This document shows, in pieces, positions 20,634 through 30,754 of a stretch of 64,000 nucleotides of DNA. Origin of the DNA: an uncultured archaeon (GTDB taxonomy: Archaea > Asgardarchaeota > Heimdallarchaeia > Heimdallarchaeales > Heimdallarchaeaceae). The stretch spans positions 41,973-105,972 of the forward strand of contig CAZHRF010000005.1 of assembly GCA_964534625.1 (NCBI GenBank). The letters are read 5' to 3'. Position 1 is the first letter of the stretch; the number at the start of each line of letters is the position of its first letter. The notes beneath the pieces are model-generated. The model was not told the origin of the DNA. It ran no database searches and was given only the letters and a program-made list of their open reading frames with translations. The position numbers and the translations under genes are program-made.

Positions 20634-21486
20634 TTTTAACAAAAATTCGTTTTTTAGGTCGTTTCAAAAAACAATTAGAGGTTCGCGACTTTTTATAATA
20701 GTAACTCATACATATAAACAAATCCTCCGAAACAAGCGCTTTTTTATCGTTCTTATTTACTTTCTTTTACCTATTTTAGGCAACTTTCTTAATTTTTTAA
20801 TCGCCCCTTCAAATTTTTATTCTGGGAAAGCTTATGCTGTTTATCGCATTCATCAAACGCTCTACTCTACAATGAACGATTGGTGGTTATCAATTTTTGG
20901 TCAGATGTTTATTATTCTTCTAACTAGTGATCTTATCGCAAGTGAGTTTGAGAGAGGTACTATACTAGTTTTGAAATCCCGATCAGTTAGTGATTCAGAC
21001 ATCTTTTTTGGGAAACTAATAGGTGTTTCACTCATTATTCTTTCACTTATTTTGCCTGGTGCCCTACTTATCTACATTGCCCAAGCTTCCGTGTTTGCAC
21101 CAAATGATTTTTGGTGGGTTTTTTTGCATTCTCTTGATGAGCTCATTGTTTCAACTCTTGTTCTTTTTTTAGTTATGCTCATGATGCTTTCTATTTCCTT
21201 TCTTTTTTCAACAATATTCAATAAGTCTTTACAGGCTACACTCGTCTCACTTTTGGTAATCTTTTCGGTTCAATTTATTTCATTAATTTTTTCTCTTTCG
21301 GATAGTATAATAAGTAAAGTCAATTTCCTTTATTATCTTAATTTATTTTTAGACCCTATCTTCTACAATTTAAGTCTATCAAACAGTTCTAATACAATAA
21401 TTGGTTCTCTTCTCGGTTTTATTGCTATTATTATTCTTTTTCTAACAGGAGGTTTTCTTATTTTCAAAAATAAAGAGATCCATTAG
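20626..21486 (+). CDS. ABC-2 type exporter permease
   Basis: IASEFERGT...FFGK motif, about 6 TM, overlaps the ATPase stop. Confidence 0.85.
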   Translation: MDNFNKNSFFRSFQKTIRGSRLFIIVTHTYKQILRNKRFFIVLIYFLLPILGNFLNFLIAPSNFYSGKAYAVYRIHQTLYSTMNDWWLSIFGQMFIILLTSDLIASEFERGTILVLKSRSVSDSDIFFGKLIGVSLIILSLILPGALLIYIAQASVFAPNDFWWVFLHSLDELIVSTLVLFLVMLMMLSISFLFSTIFNKSLQATLVSLLVIFSVQFISLIFSLSDSIISKVNFLYYLNLFLDPIFYNLSLSNSSNTIIGSLLGFIAIIILFLTGGFLIFKNKEIH

Positions 21487-22559
21487 TATTTCTTTTTTTC
21501 CCCAAATAACAATGAGATAACGGTAAAGCACATAATCATTATCATTACATTAGTATTATTATCCAGATAACCTGTTGAAGCAAGAAAAGCTAACCTATCA
21601 AGTTCACTTAACAAATTTACGTCTTTGAATATTAAATATGCAAAATATGTGCTAGATAGATCATATTGTCCTTCTTCTTCGTTTTTGAATCCACCACTTG
21701 CACCTTGGAGATCAAAAATATTTTCAACTACATTATGTTTTTTTTCAATTTCTGCATCTAACAAATTCAATACATGAATTGCATAATGGGTATCATTAAT
21801 CCGTATGTTTTTTCTCATAAATGCATCAAATCCAGTCTCGTTATATCGATGTGCCTTAATGTAATTAATCGCATCAGTAGGTTTTTCAGGTTTTTGCCCC
21901 AATAATTCTAGTAATCGTATTATTTCTATTGCCCGATAAAAAGAATCATATGTTCCATTAACATTTTGAGATTCTTTTAATGTCGTTATTAACAAGTTAT
22001 ATGGAAAGTTTAAAGTTATATTCAAAATTGCCGTTGTTAAGATAAAATGGCGTATATTACTCATATCAGCTACAGTCAATCTTTCATAGTATGTACTATT
22101 ATATAAAATAGGATCAACTGTTTTATTCAGGTATTCAAATACTTTCCATGCCACCAAATCTTCCGGATTAACCCCTAAATACGTCAATCCAAATACAGCT
22201 AATGATGTTGCCTTTATAGATGAATTCCCTCCTTTTTCAGTAGAAAATCCATAGTCTCCATTCTGGAAACTTTGAATACTATATATTAGATCATACACAT
22301 CATACTTCACTTGTAGGAAATCTGCCAAAATCATACCTTGATAAATAGATTCCACAGTTTCTATTTTCTCTTTACTCCTCATAAATCCCGTTTCCGTCTT
22401 TAGATTCTCTACAAATGTCTTCATGTATTCTTTTCTCGTTTTTGCTCCATTATCCCTTTCTGGTTCCTCCTCAACTGCATAACTCAAAGATAGAACAAAG
22501 TTTGTATACAATATCAGTAAAATGATTAAAGCGACATATTTTGGTAATTTTAACATCAA
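21483..22559 (-). CDS. Secreted/membrane-anchored protein with prenyltransferase/squalene-cyclase-like repeats
   Basis: Signal peptide, repeats QNGDYGF, QNVNGTY, QGASGGF followed by xxTxxA helices, C-terminal TM. Confidence 0.6.
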   Translation of the reverse strand: MMLKLPKYVALIILLILYTNFVLSLSYAVEEEPERDNGAKTRKEYMKTFVENLKTETGFMRSKEKIETVESIYQGMILADFLQVKYDVYDLIYSIQSFQNGDYGFSTEKGGNSSIKATSLAVFGLTYLGVNPEDLVAWKVFEYLNKTVDPILYNSTYYERLTVADMSNIRHFILTTAILNITLNFPYNLLITTLKESQNVNGTYDSFYRAIEIIRLLELLGQKPEKPTDAINYIKAHRYNETGFDAFMRKNIRINDTHYAIHVLNLLDAEIEKKHNVVENIFDLQGASGGFKNEEEGQYDLSSTYFAYLIFKDVNLLSELDRLAFLASTGYLDNNTNVMIMIMCFTVISLLFGEKKKY

Positions 22560-22645
22560 TTTTTATTTCGTCTTTATAAATAAAAATATTACTTCCATTT
22601 TACTTTACCCGTTACATTTAAATTTTGAAAGAACTGCTAATTAAT

Positions 22646-24253
22646 ATGAACTTTATTTCAAGGAGATCTGAAGTTTACGCAAAACATGGTATGGTCGCAT
22701 CTAGCCAGCCATTGGCTTCTGAAGTCGGTCTTTCGATTTTAAAGGATGGAGGAAATGCTGCAGATGCAGCTGTAGCAACCGCTGCAACTTTAAATTTGAC
22801 AGAACCTTGCTCTACAGGTATTGGAGGCGACTGTTTCTGCCTTTTTTTTGATAATGAAAGGAAGACGGTTTATGGGATAAATGGTAGTGGTAGAGCACCT
22901 TCCGAATTGTCTTTAGATTTACTCAGAGAACAAGGAATCGAACATTCACTCCCACGTTTCAGTCCTCATACTGTTACTGTACCTGGTGCAGCTGCAGGTT
23001 GGATAGACACATTAGAAAAGTTTGGTACAATGACAATTAAAGAAGTACTTTCACCAGCGATCAAACTTGCAGAAGAAGGATTTCCAGTCGCACCTCTTAC
23101 AGCTCGTTCTTGGCACTATGGGGTTGGTCAATTAAAAAATGGACCACACTCTGAAGAATTATTAATAAATGGACAAGCACCAAAACCAGGTCAAATAATG
23201 AAGAATCCTTTTTTAGCCAATACATTTAAAGCATTAGTAGAGCAGGGAAAAGCGGGTTTCTATGAGGGAAGAATCGCAAAAGCCATCGTAAAATTATTAA
23301 GATCTCTAGGAGGCGTAATGTTACTAGATGATCTAAAAAACCACCATAGTACTTTTGATGATCCAATTCATGTGAGCTACAAAGGATTAGATGTCTTTGA
23401 AATCCCACCTAATGGTCAAGGAATTACCGCATTACTAGCTTTAAACATTTTAGAAGAATTCAACATTGAACAAATGGAACATTCTTCCGTTGAACATTTA
23501 CATACATTAATTGAAACTATGAGAATAGCTTTTGCAGACACACGTTGGTATGTAGCAGATCCTGCATTAGTAGATATCCCCATCCAAAGACTTATTTCAA
23601 AAGAATATGCAAAGAAACGTCGCGATATTTTCAACCCAAAACGAGCAACACTAGACATAGAATATGGCTCACCAACAACTAAGTCAGATACAGTTTACTT
23701 TTGTGTTGTTGATGGTACGGGTAATGCATGCAGTTTTATCAATTCAAATTACATGGGGTTTGGTACTGGTTTAATACCAAAAGGATGTGGTTTTACTTTA
23801 CAGAATAGAGGAGCCAACTTTTCACTTGAACCAAATCATCCCAATGTGTTGGCCCCCAATAAACGTCCTTATCATACAATTATTCCTGGTATGGCGATGA
23901 TGGATGATGAGTTATATGCACCTTTTGGTGTCATGGGTGGATTCATGCAACCACAGGGACATATGCAAGTGATTAGTAATATGATCGATTTTGATATGAA
24001 CCCGCAGGAAGCGTTAGATGCTCCCCGTTTTTGCATTGTCGATGGTACTAGTGGTGGGAAAGTGGCACTAGAAGAAGGTATTAAACTCCACACCATGAGT
24101 ACTCTTTCCCGTATGGGCCACTCAATTATACCAACAACCAGTTATAGTCGGTCCATTTTCGGTCGGGGTCAGATTATCACACGTAATCCTGATTCCCACG
24201 TTTTATGTGGGGGTTCAGACCCAAGAGCGGATGGTTTAGCCATTGGTTGGTAA
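22646..24253 (+). CDS. ggt: Gamma-glutamyltransferase
   Basis: GGNAADAA, GIGGDCF, nucleophile DTVYF, PNKRPYHTIIP, GVMGGFMQPQGH, DPRADG. Confidence 0.95.
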   Translation: MNFISRRSEVYAKHGMVASSQPLASEVGLSILKDGGNAADAAVATAATLNLTEPCSTGIGGDCFCLFFDNERKTVYGINGSGRAPSELSLDLLREQGIEHSLPRFSPHTVTVPGAAAGWIDTLEKFGTMTIKEVLSPAIKLAEEGFPVAPLTARSWHYGVGQLKNGPHSEELLINGQAPKPGQIMKNPFLANTFKALVEQGKAGFYEGRIAKAIVKLLRSLGGVMLLDDLKNHHSTFDDPIHVSYKGLDVFEIPPNGQGITALLALNILEEFNIEQMEHSSVEHLHTLIETMRIAFADTRWYVADPALVDIPIQRLISKEYAKKRRDIFNPKRATLDIEYGSPTTKSDTVYFCVVDGTGNACSFINSNYMGFGTGLIPKGCGFTLQNRGANFSLEPNHPNVLAPNKRPYHTIIPGMAMMDDELYAPFGVMGGFMQPQGHMQVISNMIDFDMNPQEALDAPRFCIVDGTSGGKVALEEGIKLHTMSTLSRMGHSIIPTTSYSRSIFGRGQIITRNPDSHVLCGGSDPRADGLAIGW

Positions 24254-24360
24254 TCTAACTCACATCGATTTTCAATTAGGTCGGTTTGCAAATATTAAAA
24301 AATGTTCAAAGAATTTTACGTTTAAAAATATACTTTAACTGATTTTGCAAGGCGAAAAAC

Positions 24361-25809
24361 ATGATAGACAATGTTCACACTCTAAAATTAACTTCACTTG
24401 GCATTGATGTTGGTACAACAACTTCACATCTCATTGTATCTCGATTAACATTAGAAAAATTACACACGACACGAGGTATCAAATTTTCTGTAACAGACAG
24501 AGAAATCCTTTACAAAGGTAATATCATTTTGACCCCAATTGATATTGAAAAACAACAAATTGACTATTTAAAACTCGTAAAATATCTTAAAGAGGAATAT
24601 ACTAACGCCAATATTGATCCACGTAATATTGATACGGGGGCGGTTATTATAACAGGTGAAAGTGCAAAGAAACTAAATGCCCAAGAGATAGTTACTGCGC
24701 TAGCTCACAAAGCAGGTAATTTTGTAGCTGCCTCTGCTGGTCCAAATTATGAATCTTTTATTGCAGCTATGGGATCAGGAGCAGTCCAATATACCAAAGA
24801 AACAAAAAAGACCATCATAAACATCGATATTGGTGGTGGAACAAGCAATATTGCAGTTATATCAAATGGTGAGATACTGGAAACAAGCTGTATTAATGTT
24901 GGAGGGAGACTTTTAGCCTTTGACGACAATAAAAAAATTATTAGAATAGAAGAACCCATTCGAGTTTTAGAAGATAAAATTGGTCTTGAATTTGAATATG
25001 GAATGCAATTAACCGATAATCAAATTAAAAATATTGTTCATTTACTTGCTCAAAGTCTGATTGAAGTCTTACAAAGAGACGTAAAATCAAACATAACGAG
25101 AAGGCTTCTTATGACACCAGAAATACGTTATCCAGATCATATAGATGAAATTTCTTTTTCAGGAGGTGTTGCAGAATATATCTATGATAAATCTCGTGAG
25201 GACTTCAACGACTTAGGGATATACCTCGGTCAAGAAATTCGTCTGTTAACTAGAAAAAATAATTTTGAACTTCACGAACCTGAAGAATTAATTCGAGCAA
25301 CAGTTATTGGAGCGGGTCAATATACTCTACAAGTTAGTGGGGTAACTACGCACATATCGAATCCAGAAGATACACTTCCTATTCATAATATCCCCGTCAT
25401 TGAACCAAAGTTAAAAGGTAAAATAACTTCCAAAATGATCACAGAATCTATTAACAAGAGTCTTCAAATGTTTGATGTGGAGGAAGGAGCAGATACCATT
25501 GCATTATTATTTAAAGGAGCCATAGGCGGTTCATATGAGGGGTTAAGCTTGTTTGTCACGGGTATTGCTAATGCATTGCCCAAAACCATCGAATATGAAA
25601 AACCCATCATATTGGTTTTTGATACTGATATCGGGAACTCTGTAGGTAATGTTATGCGACGTGAAACTAATACTAAGAAAAATATTATCTCAATTGATGA
25701 AATTGCAGTTGAAGAAGGGGATTTTATTGATATTGATAAACCAAAAGCGGGTGGTCAAGCTGTTCCTGTTGTTGTTAAGTCACTAGTATTTTCCAATAAT
25801 AAAACTTAG
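24361..25809 (+). CDS. eutA: EutA-family (ethanolamine ammonia-lyase reactivase) ASKHA ATPase
   Basis: SLGIDVGTTTSH, DTGAVIITGE, FV.A.AGP, DIGGGTSN, FSGGVA, IRATVIGAG, GDFIDI, VPVVVKSLVF. Confidence 0.85.
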   Translation: MIDNVHTLKLTSLGIDVGTTTSHLIVSRLTLEKLHTTRGIKFSVTDREILYKGNIILTPIDIEKQQIDYLKLVKYLKEEYTNANIDPRNIDTGAVIITGESAKKLNAQEIVTALAHKAGNFVAASAGPNYESFIAAMGSGAVQYTKETKKTIINIDIGGGTSNIAVISNGEILETSCINVGGRLLAFDDNKKIIRIEEPIRVLEDKIGLEFEYGMQLTDNQIKNIVHLLAQSLIEVLQRDVKSNITRRLLMTPEIRYPDHIDEISFSGGVAEYIYDKSREDFNDLGIYLGQEIRLLTRKNNFELHEPEELIRATVIGAGQYTLQVSGVTTHISNPEDTLPIHNIPVIEPKLKGKITSKMITESINKSLQMFDVEEGADTIALLFKGAIGGSYEGLSLFVTGIANALPKTIEYEKPIILVFDTDIGNSVGNVMRRETNTKKNIISIDEIAVEEGDFIDIDKPKAGGQAVPVVVKSLVFSNNKT

Positions 25810-25820
25810 TTTTATTATTT

Positions 25821-28805
25821 TTAATTTTCAAAGATTGTAAGAGAGGTTTTGCAATAAGGACATCTTCCCTCTTGTTTAACCCACGCCACCAAATGCTTGA
25901 AGTGAAAGATTTTATTGCAAAGTGGGCATTCAACTCCTTTTTCATAAACAGGTTTTGAACAGATTATACAAATATTTTTTGTATCTGTTGTTTTTATAAT
26001 TCCTTTTCCTTTAGCTTTTATTTTTTGTATAAACTTTGCTGCTTTGGAAATTGAATCAGCCACAATAACTATCTGCTGTTTTGGTTTGCCTCTTTCTTTT
26101 TTTATTGGTATTACTTCTTTAATCAGTATATTTTCAGCTTGTTCTTTCAAATAGCTAACATACTGTTGCAAAATCGTGGCTCTTACTTCTGGATTACCCA
26201 CTATAACAAGTTTTTTCTTTGCCCTTGTTATTGCTACATTCAGTCTTCTAGGATCTGAAAAACCCACATTCCCTTTTGTTTCAGTTTCAGTTAAAGATAA
26301 CATAATTATCTCCCTATCACTACCTTGAAATCTATCCACAGTATCAACCACAGACATAGAGGGGGCCAACCTTCTTATTTCCCCTACTTGTCCTCTATAT
26401 GGAGCTATTACTCCCAGCTGAGAACGTGATATACCCAAAGAAAAAAAGCCTTTTATCACTTTGGCAACCACTTCTGCTTCTTCAACATTCATCTTTTTTG
26501 AGGCAACGAAATCCCCCCTAACGGGTATAAAAACAAGCGGATATTCAGGCAGGTAGATATTTATATGTTCCAAATTTATCTTACTTTTATCATATCTGAC
26601 TAAATCACTTAAATTCTGAGAACTTACTTTTTTATCAAAAGCACGCAATTTTCCATCATAAAATACTTGATTAGAAAACTCCATCAATTTCTCATTCATT
26701 CTAAACTGATGCGTCAAAAGATGAATGGTATCACGATGCTTATTTGCTAGTCTTTCGAATAGTGAAACTCCAAGCCCCTCATTCTGTGCATGTTGACTTT
26801 GTACAACAGGTGGTAACTGTTTATGATCTCCAACAAGAACACATCTATCCCCCTCTAAAATTGCCGATAAGAGATTTGGTTCTGTCATTTGGCTAGCCTC
26901 ATCAACTATTATAGTTTGAAAACCCAATTTTTCAAATATTGGACTAGAAATTGTAGAAGTTGTAGCTAATAAGATTGGAATATCCATCAACAATTGTTTT
27001 ACATTCAAATTCGTTTTGTCTTTCATAGCTGATAATGTATTATCGCTTAGATTATCATCAATTACACGAGAACTGCCTAATCTTATGAAATCCTTAAAAC
27101 CATTATCAATAAGGTAAGATGCCATATTATCAACCGCTCTATTTGTAAACGCAGTTAACAATAGTTTTTCCTTCTTATTTGCTAGAGTTATAGCTGCTTT
27201 CGCAATAACATGTGTTTTCCCAGTACCCGCTGGTCCTTGAATAAGACAAAAACCTTCTGTTCCCAAAATTTTTTGTATCGCTTCATTTTGGACATTGTTA
27301 TTTCTAATAAACATTCCATCTTGCTTGATGACGGTAGATTTTTTACCATTAACAATATATTCTGTGAAATTATTTCTTTTAAATATCAGATGAAATAGTC
27401 CTCGTTGTTGCCGTCTATAGCTTATATCATTGTAGTACACATCAATTGAATTGATTTTCGTTATAGCAGCTCTCGTTTCTATCTCAACAATATTTTCAGT
27501 TATTCTTGATATTACACCAGTTATTACGGGATTTGATACAACCTTAGCATCGCTTAGAAGAACTATATCTCCCTCCCTTAATTCTGATTTATTTTCACAC
27601 GAAAATATAAATGTTGTAACACCATCCTCTGTAATTTGATTTTCGAGAGAGAGATTAGTAATAGTTTTTCCTTTTTCAACTCTTTCTTCAATGGATAGGT
27701 TCCATAAATCTGCAAGATTACGTTTCGATTCATTTTTTTCTTTTCTAATCAAATTAGTATATCTCTCAAAATATGCAATATAATTGTCATTTAAAGCTTT
27801 TTTAGAACAAAAGGTTTCATGCGGACATGTTGGGCAAGTTCTTTGATGATTTAATCCAGCACAAAGAATTGAGCAAAGGACTTTAACAGAACACTTAGAA
27901 CATTTATTTATATTTTCTTCCGAAAGTACAGGAGGTATAAATCCCAGATATGAAATCCTATACGCAAGGTTTCTCATTTCCATTGCAAAGCGTATAACTC
28001 CCCAATTAACATCTAATTGCTTTTTTACTAAACTGCCAGATCCAACATAAAGGACAAAATTTGAATCAGTATTAAAATCAGTATCAAAACCATTAATGCC
28101 AAAACGATAAACAGCTACTTGCATTAAATCTGAAAAACGATACCTATCATCTTCTGAAACATTAGCAGTTTTTAATTCATAAATTTTATTTTGACTTAAA
28201 AGATCAATCCTTCCTCGTACACCTAGAATTGGAGAAAGAAAAAGTACTTCCGGTGAAGAATCTACTGAAAGCTCCTCAACAAATGGATCTAAAGACTCTG
28301 CCATTGAAAAAGTGTCTTGATAAACATCTTGTGATGAATAATTTAATTGTTCAATGTGAAGTGCATAACTATCAATTACTTCTGACAAAACCTTAGAAGG
28401 TTTAGACCGTGAGGAAATTGCTGCGCCCAATGCATTGTGAACAATAGTACCTCGTACAGCCACATAAGGCGAGGGACTGTCCCCAATAACTTGATTTATG
28501 TAAAAACTTCTTGGGCAAAATGAGATATTGGAAAGAGATGATGCATTCACCAGTATATCGGGATCCACAATAACTATAGAACTTTTATCTGCTGAATAAA
28601 AAAAAGAATCACCTGTTTCAACTCGCTTGACATTTAACACACGTATTTTTGTATACGATACAAGATAATCACCAAGATCTGTCCAAGGTTCCCATAAATT
28701 AAGAACAAAACGGTTAAAATTCCTTTCAACTAATATCGAGTATCTAGGGTTATTTCCCGCTTTATTTGAAAGAGTTTTAATATATATACATTCAAGATGT
28801 TCCAT
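25821..28805 (-). CDS. dna2: Dna2-like nuclease/SF1 helicase with C-terminal RING finger
   Basis: OB-like N-terminus, FCPR + CxxCx5C Fe-S staple, GRID..YELKT..QxxxY nuclease, GPAGTGKT, DEASQ, GDHKQLPP, VDRFQG, LNVAITRAK; ends in CxxC-x10-CxxC-x4-HxxH-x3-W-x6-CPxC. Confidence 0.88.
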   Translation of the reverse strand: MEHLECIYIKTLSNKAGNNPRYSILVERNFNRFVLNLWEPWTDLGDYLVSYTKIRVLNVKRVETGDSFFYSADKSSIVIVDPDILVNASSLSNISFCPRSFYINQVIGDSPSPYVAVRGTIVHNALGAAISSRSKPSKVLSEVIDSYALHIEQLNYSSQDVYQDTFSMAESLDPFVEELSVDSSPEVLFLSPILGVRGRIDLLSQNKIYELKTANVSEDDRYRFSDLMQVAVYRFGINGFDTDFNTDSNFVLYVGSGSLVKKQLDVNWGVIRFAMEMRNLAYRISYLGFIPPVLSEENINKCSKCSVKVLCSILCAGLNHQRTCPTCPHETFCSKKALNDNYIAYFERYTNLIRKEKNESKRNLADLWNLSIEERVEKGKTITNLSLENQITEDGVTTFIFSCENKSELREGDIVLLSDAKVVSNPVITGVISRITENIVEIETRAAITKINSIDVYYNDISYRRQQRGLFHLIFKRNNFTEYIVNGKKSTVIKQDGMFIRNNNVQNEAIQKILGTEGFCLIQGPAGTGKTHVIAKAAITLANKKEKLLLTAFTNRAVDNMASYLIDNGFKDFIRLGSSRVIDDNLSDNTLSAMKDKTNLNVKQLLMDIPILLATTSTISSPIFEKLGFQTIIVDEASQMTEPNLLSAILEGDRCVLVGDHKQLPPVVQSQHAQNEGLGVSLFERLANKHRDTIHLLTHQFRMNEKLMEFSNQVFYDGKLRAFDKKVSSQNLSDLVRYDKSKINLEHINIYLPEYPLVFIPVRGDFVASKKMNVEEAEVVAKVIKGFFSLGISRSQLGVIAPYRGQVGEIRRLAPSMSVVDTVDRFQGSDREIIMLSLTETETKGNVGFSDPRRLNVAITRAKKKLVIVGNPEVRATILQQYVSYLKEQAENILIKEVIPIKKERGKPKQQIVIVADSISKAAKFIQKIKAKGKGIIKTTDTKNICIICSKPVYEKGVECPLCNKIFHFKHLVAWVKQEGRCPYCKTSLTIFEN

Positions 28806-28928
28806 TATTAGAAGTTAAAAAGTTAGTATAAATAAATGTGTGGTAAAAAAAAATATTTTAGTTATTTTACAAAAAACTATCTATGGTGAGCATAACTTTT
28901 ATAGTAAATAAAATATCAAGCCTTAGAA

Positions 28929-29444
28929 ATGAAGTGTGATGTCCTTCTTAATCAAGAGATATATGAAGAATTTTTATTAAAAAGAGCTATTTGCTCATCA
29001 AAGAGGTTATGGATAACTACAGGGGTATCTACAAATTTTCTTATTAAACTAGGAGAAAAAAAATTTTTCAGGTTAGCTGAAATTCTATTATTACTTAGTC
29101 ATAAAATTGATGTGCGGATCATCTCAGGATTAGATGAAACCAAATCTAGTTTATTGAAAAAAGTGAAAGAAAAAAACCCCTCCTTAACTAAGCATTGTCC
29201 AAAGATGCATGCGAAAATGATTATAGTGGATAACAAAATAGCATATATTGGATCTGGCAATCTAACAGCAGCAGGAATGGGTAGACCCGATTTGTCAGAA
29301 AATAATTGGGAGGTTGGAGTGCAACTTCAAGACCAGCAAGCTTTATACAAATGTAGTAAATTTTTCCTAGAGATATGGAATGGAAAATTTTGCGCAGATT
29401 GTGAATATAAAGACGAATGTAATCAAAAAACAATGAAAGTATAA
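28929..29444 (+). CDS. Single-HKD phospholipase D-family protein (probable nuclease)
   Basis: CPKMHAKMIIVD...GSGNLT...NWE; C-terminal CADCEYKDEC. Confidence 0.82.
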   Translation: MKCDVLLNQEIYEEFLLKRAICSSKRLWITTGVSTNFLIKLGEKKFFRLAEILLLLSHKIDVRIISGLDETKSSLLKKVKEKNPSLTKHCPKMHAKMIIVDNKIAYIGSGNLTAAGMGRPDLSENNWEVGVQLQDQQALYKCSKFFLEIWNGKFCADCEYKDECNQKTMKV

Positions 29445-29483
29445 AGAAAGAAAAAAAAAAGATGAACTGTTCTCCATATTAAT

Positions 29484-29660
29484 CTAATCAAAATCAATAC
29501 ATTCTGAAGGACATTCATCTATACATAGACCACAATCCGTACAGTCTTCTTTTCTTACTGGCTTTGCGATATCGTCAACCATGTCATAAACATTTTCAGG
29601 ACAAACATCCACACAAGCGCCGCATCCTATGCAACAATCTTCATCTACTATAACTGGCAT
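29484..29660 (-). CDS. 2x[4Fe-4S] ferredoxin (58 aa)
   Basis: MPVIVDEDCCIGCGACVDVCPENVYDMVDDIAKPVRKEDCTDCGLCIDECPSECIDFD, two CxxCxxCxxxCP motifs; SD AGGTGA; absent from the ORF track. Confidence 0.93.
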   Translation of the reverse strand: MPVIVDEDCCIGCGACVDVCPENVYDMVDDIAKPVRKEDCTDCGLCIDECPSECIDFD

Positions 29661-29832
29661 TTTTTTTCACCTTTTGGTGTTTTTTTTCTTTACTTCCTAT
29701 TTATAAACTCTTCTCTGCATTATATCTTTTACTTCACAACCTCTATTTTGCTTAATAATTATTAACCATTTTTCATTGGTACTAGAAGAATCTTTTTAAT
29801 TTGTTTTTTGCATAGTTAATCGGAGCCATGTA

Positions 29833-30417
29833 ATGAAATATGAAATAGTTTCTTGGGATCAAAGCTATCAAATGTCTTTTCGATTATTCGAAAAGATGGT
29901 AGAGGATGATTTTTATCCTGATGTTATTGTTGGTATTGCCAGAGGGGGATGGATCCCTGCACGGTTATTGGCAGATTTCAATGGCAACAAACGAACAGCC
30001 AATATTAAAATTGAATTCTACGAACACACATCAAAATCTTCAGAGAAACCGATTATATCCCAAGAAATTTCAGAAGACATCAGTAATAAAAAAGTCTTAA
30101 TTGTTGATGATGTTGCCGATTCTGGAAAAAGTCTGGCTGTTGCTATAGATCACATTAAAAAAATGAATCCAAAAAAAATTCAAACAGCTACTTTATTTTA
30201 TAAGGATCATAGTATAATTGAACCAGACTATTATGTTCGAGAAACAAAAGCTTGGGTAGTCTATCCTTGGGAATATTGTGAATTTATTAAGTATTATAAT
30301 GAAAATAATAAAGAGAAGAAATCTAAAAATACAATTATTAATGAATTAAAAGACATAGGTATTCCATCAAGTATGGTTGAAGCTTTCTTTTCTTTTATTC
30401 TTAGCCACGAAAAATAA
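29833..30417 (+). CDS. Purine phosphoribosyltransferase (HGPRT/XGPRT-like)
   Basis: GIARGG, VLIVDDVADSGKS PRPP motif, WVVYPWE. Confidence 0.9.
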   Translation: MKYEIVSWDQSYQMSFRLFEKMVEDDFYPDVIVGIARGGWIPARLLADFNGNKRTANIKIEFYEHTSKSSEKPIISQEISEDISNKKVLIVDDVADSGKSLAVAIDHIKKMNPKKIQTATLFYKDHSIIEPDYYVRETKAWVVYPWEYCEFIKYYNENNKEKKSKNTIINELKDIGIPSSMVEAFFSFILSHEK

Positions 30418-30422
30418 TAGGA

Positions 30423-30731
30423 TTGAATCTTATGTCATTAAGCAACGAGAACGGAAACAATGATGATTTACCTACTGAGGTGCTGGATAGAGTTAATATT
30501 GGTGTTATTGCCATATCATTAAGTCTGTTCGATGAGGGGATGACAATACAAGAATTATCTAAAAGCACAGGAATTCATATAGGCGAAGTAAAACGAGCAG
30601 TTGAAATACTTCATGCAAACCGAATGATTAAAAAAAGAATGCAAACCGAAAATTATGTGGTTATTAATTTTAAAAAACTTTTAAGATTTCTCATTAACAA
30701 TGGTCTTGTTTATCCTAGCTATAAAACATGA
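30423..30731 (+). CDS. Small winged-HTH hypothetical protein
   Basis: MTIQELSKSTGIHIGEVKRAVEIL pattern. Confidence 0.55.
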   Translation: MNLMSLSNENGNNDDLPTEVLDRVNIGVIAISLSLFDEGMTIQELSKSTGIHIGEVKRAVEILHANRMIKKRMQTENYVVINFKKLLRFLINNGLVYPSYKT

Positions 30732-30754
30732 TAGTTTTACAACCGATATACACA

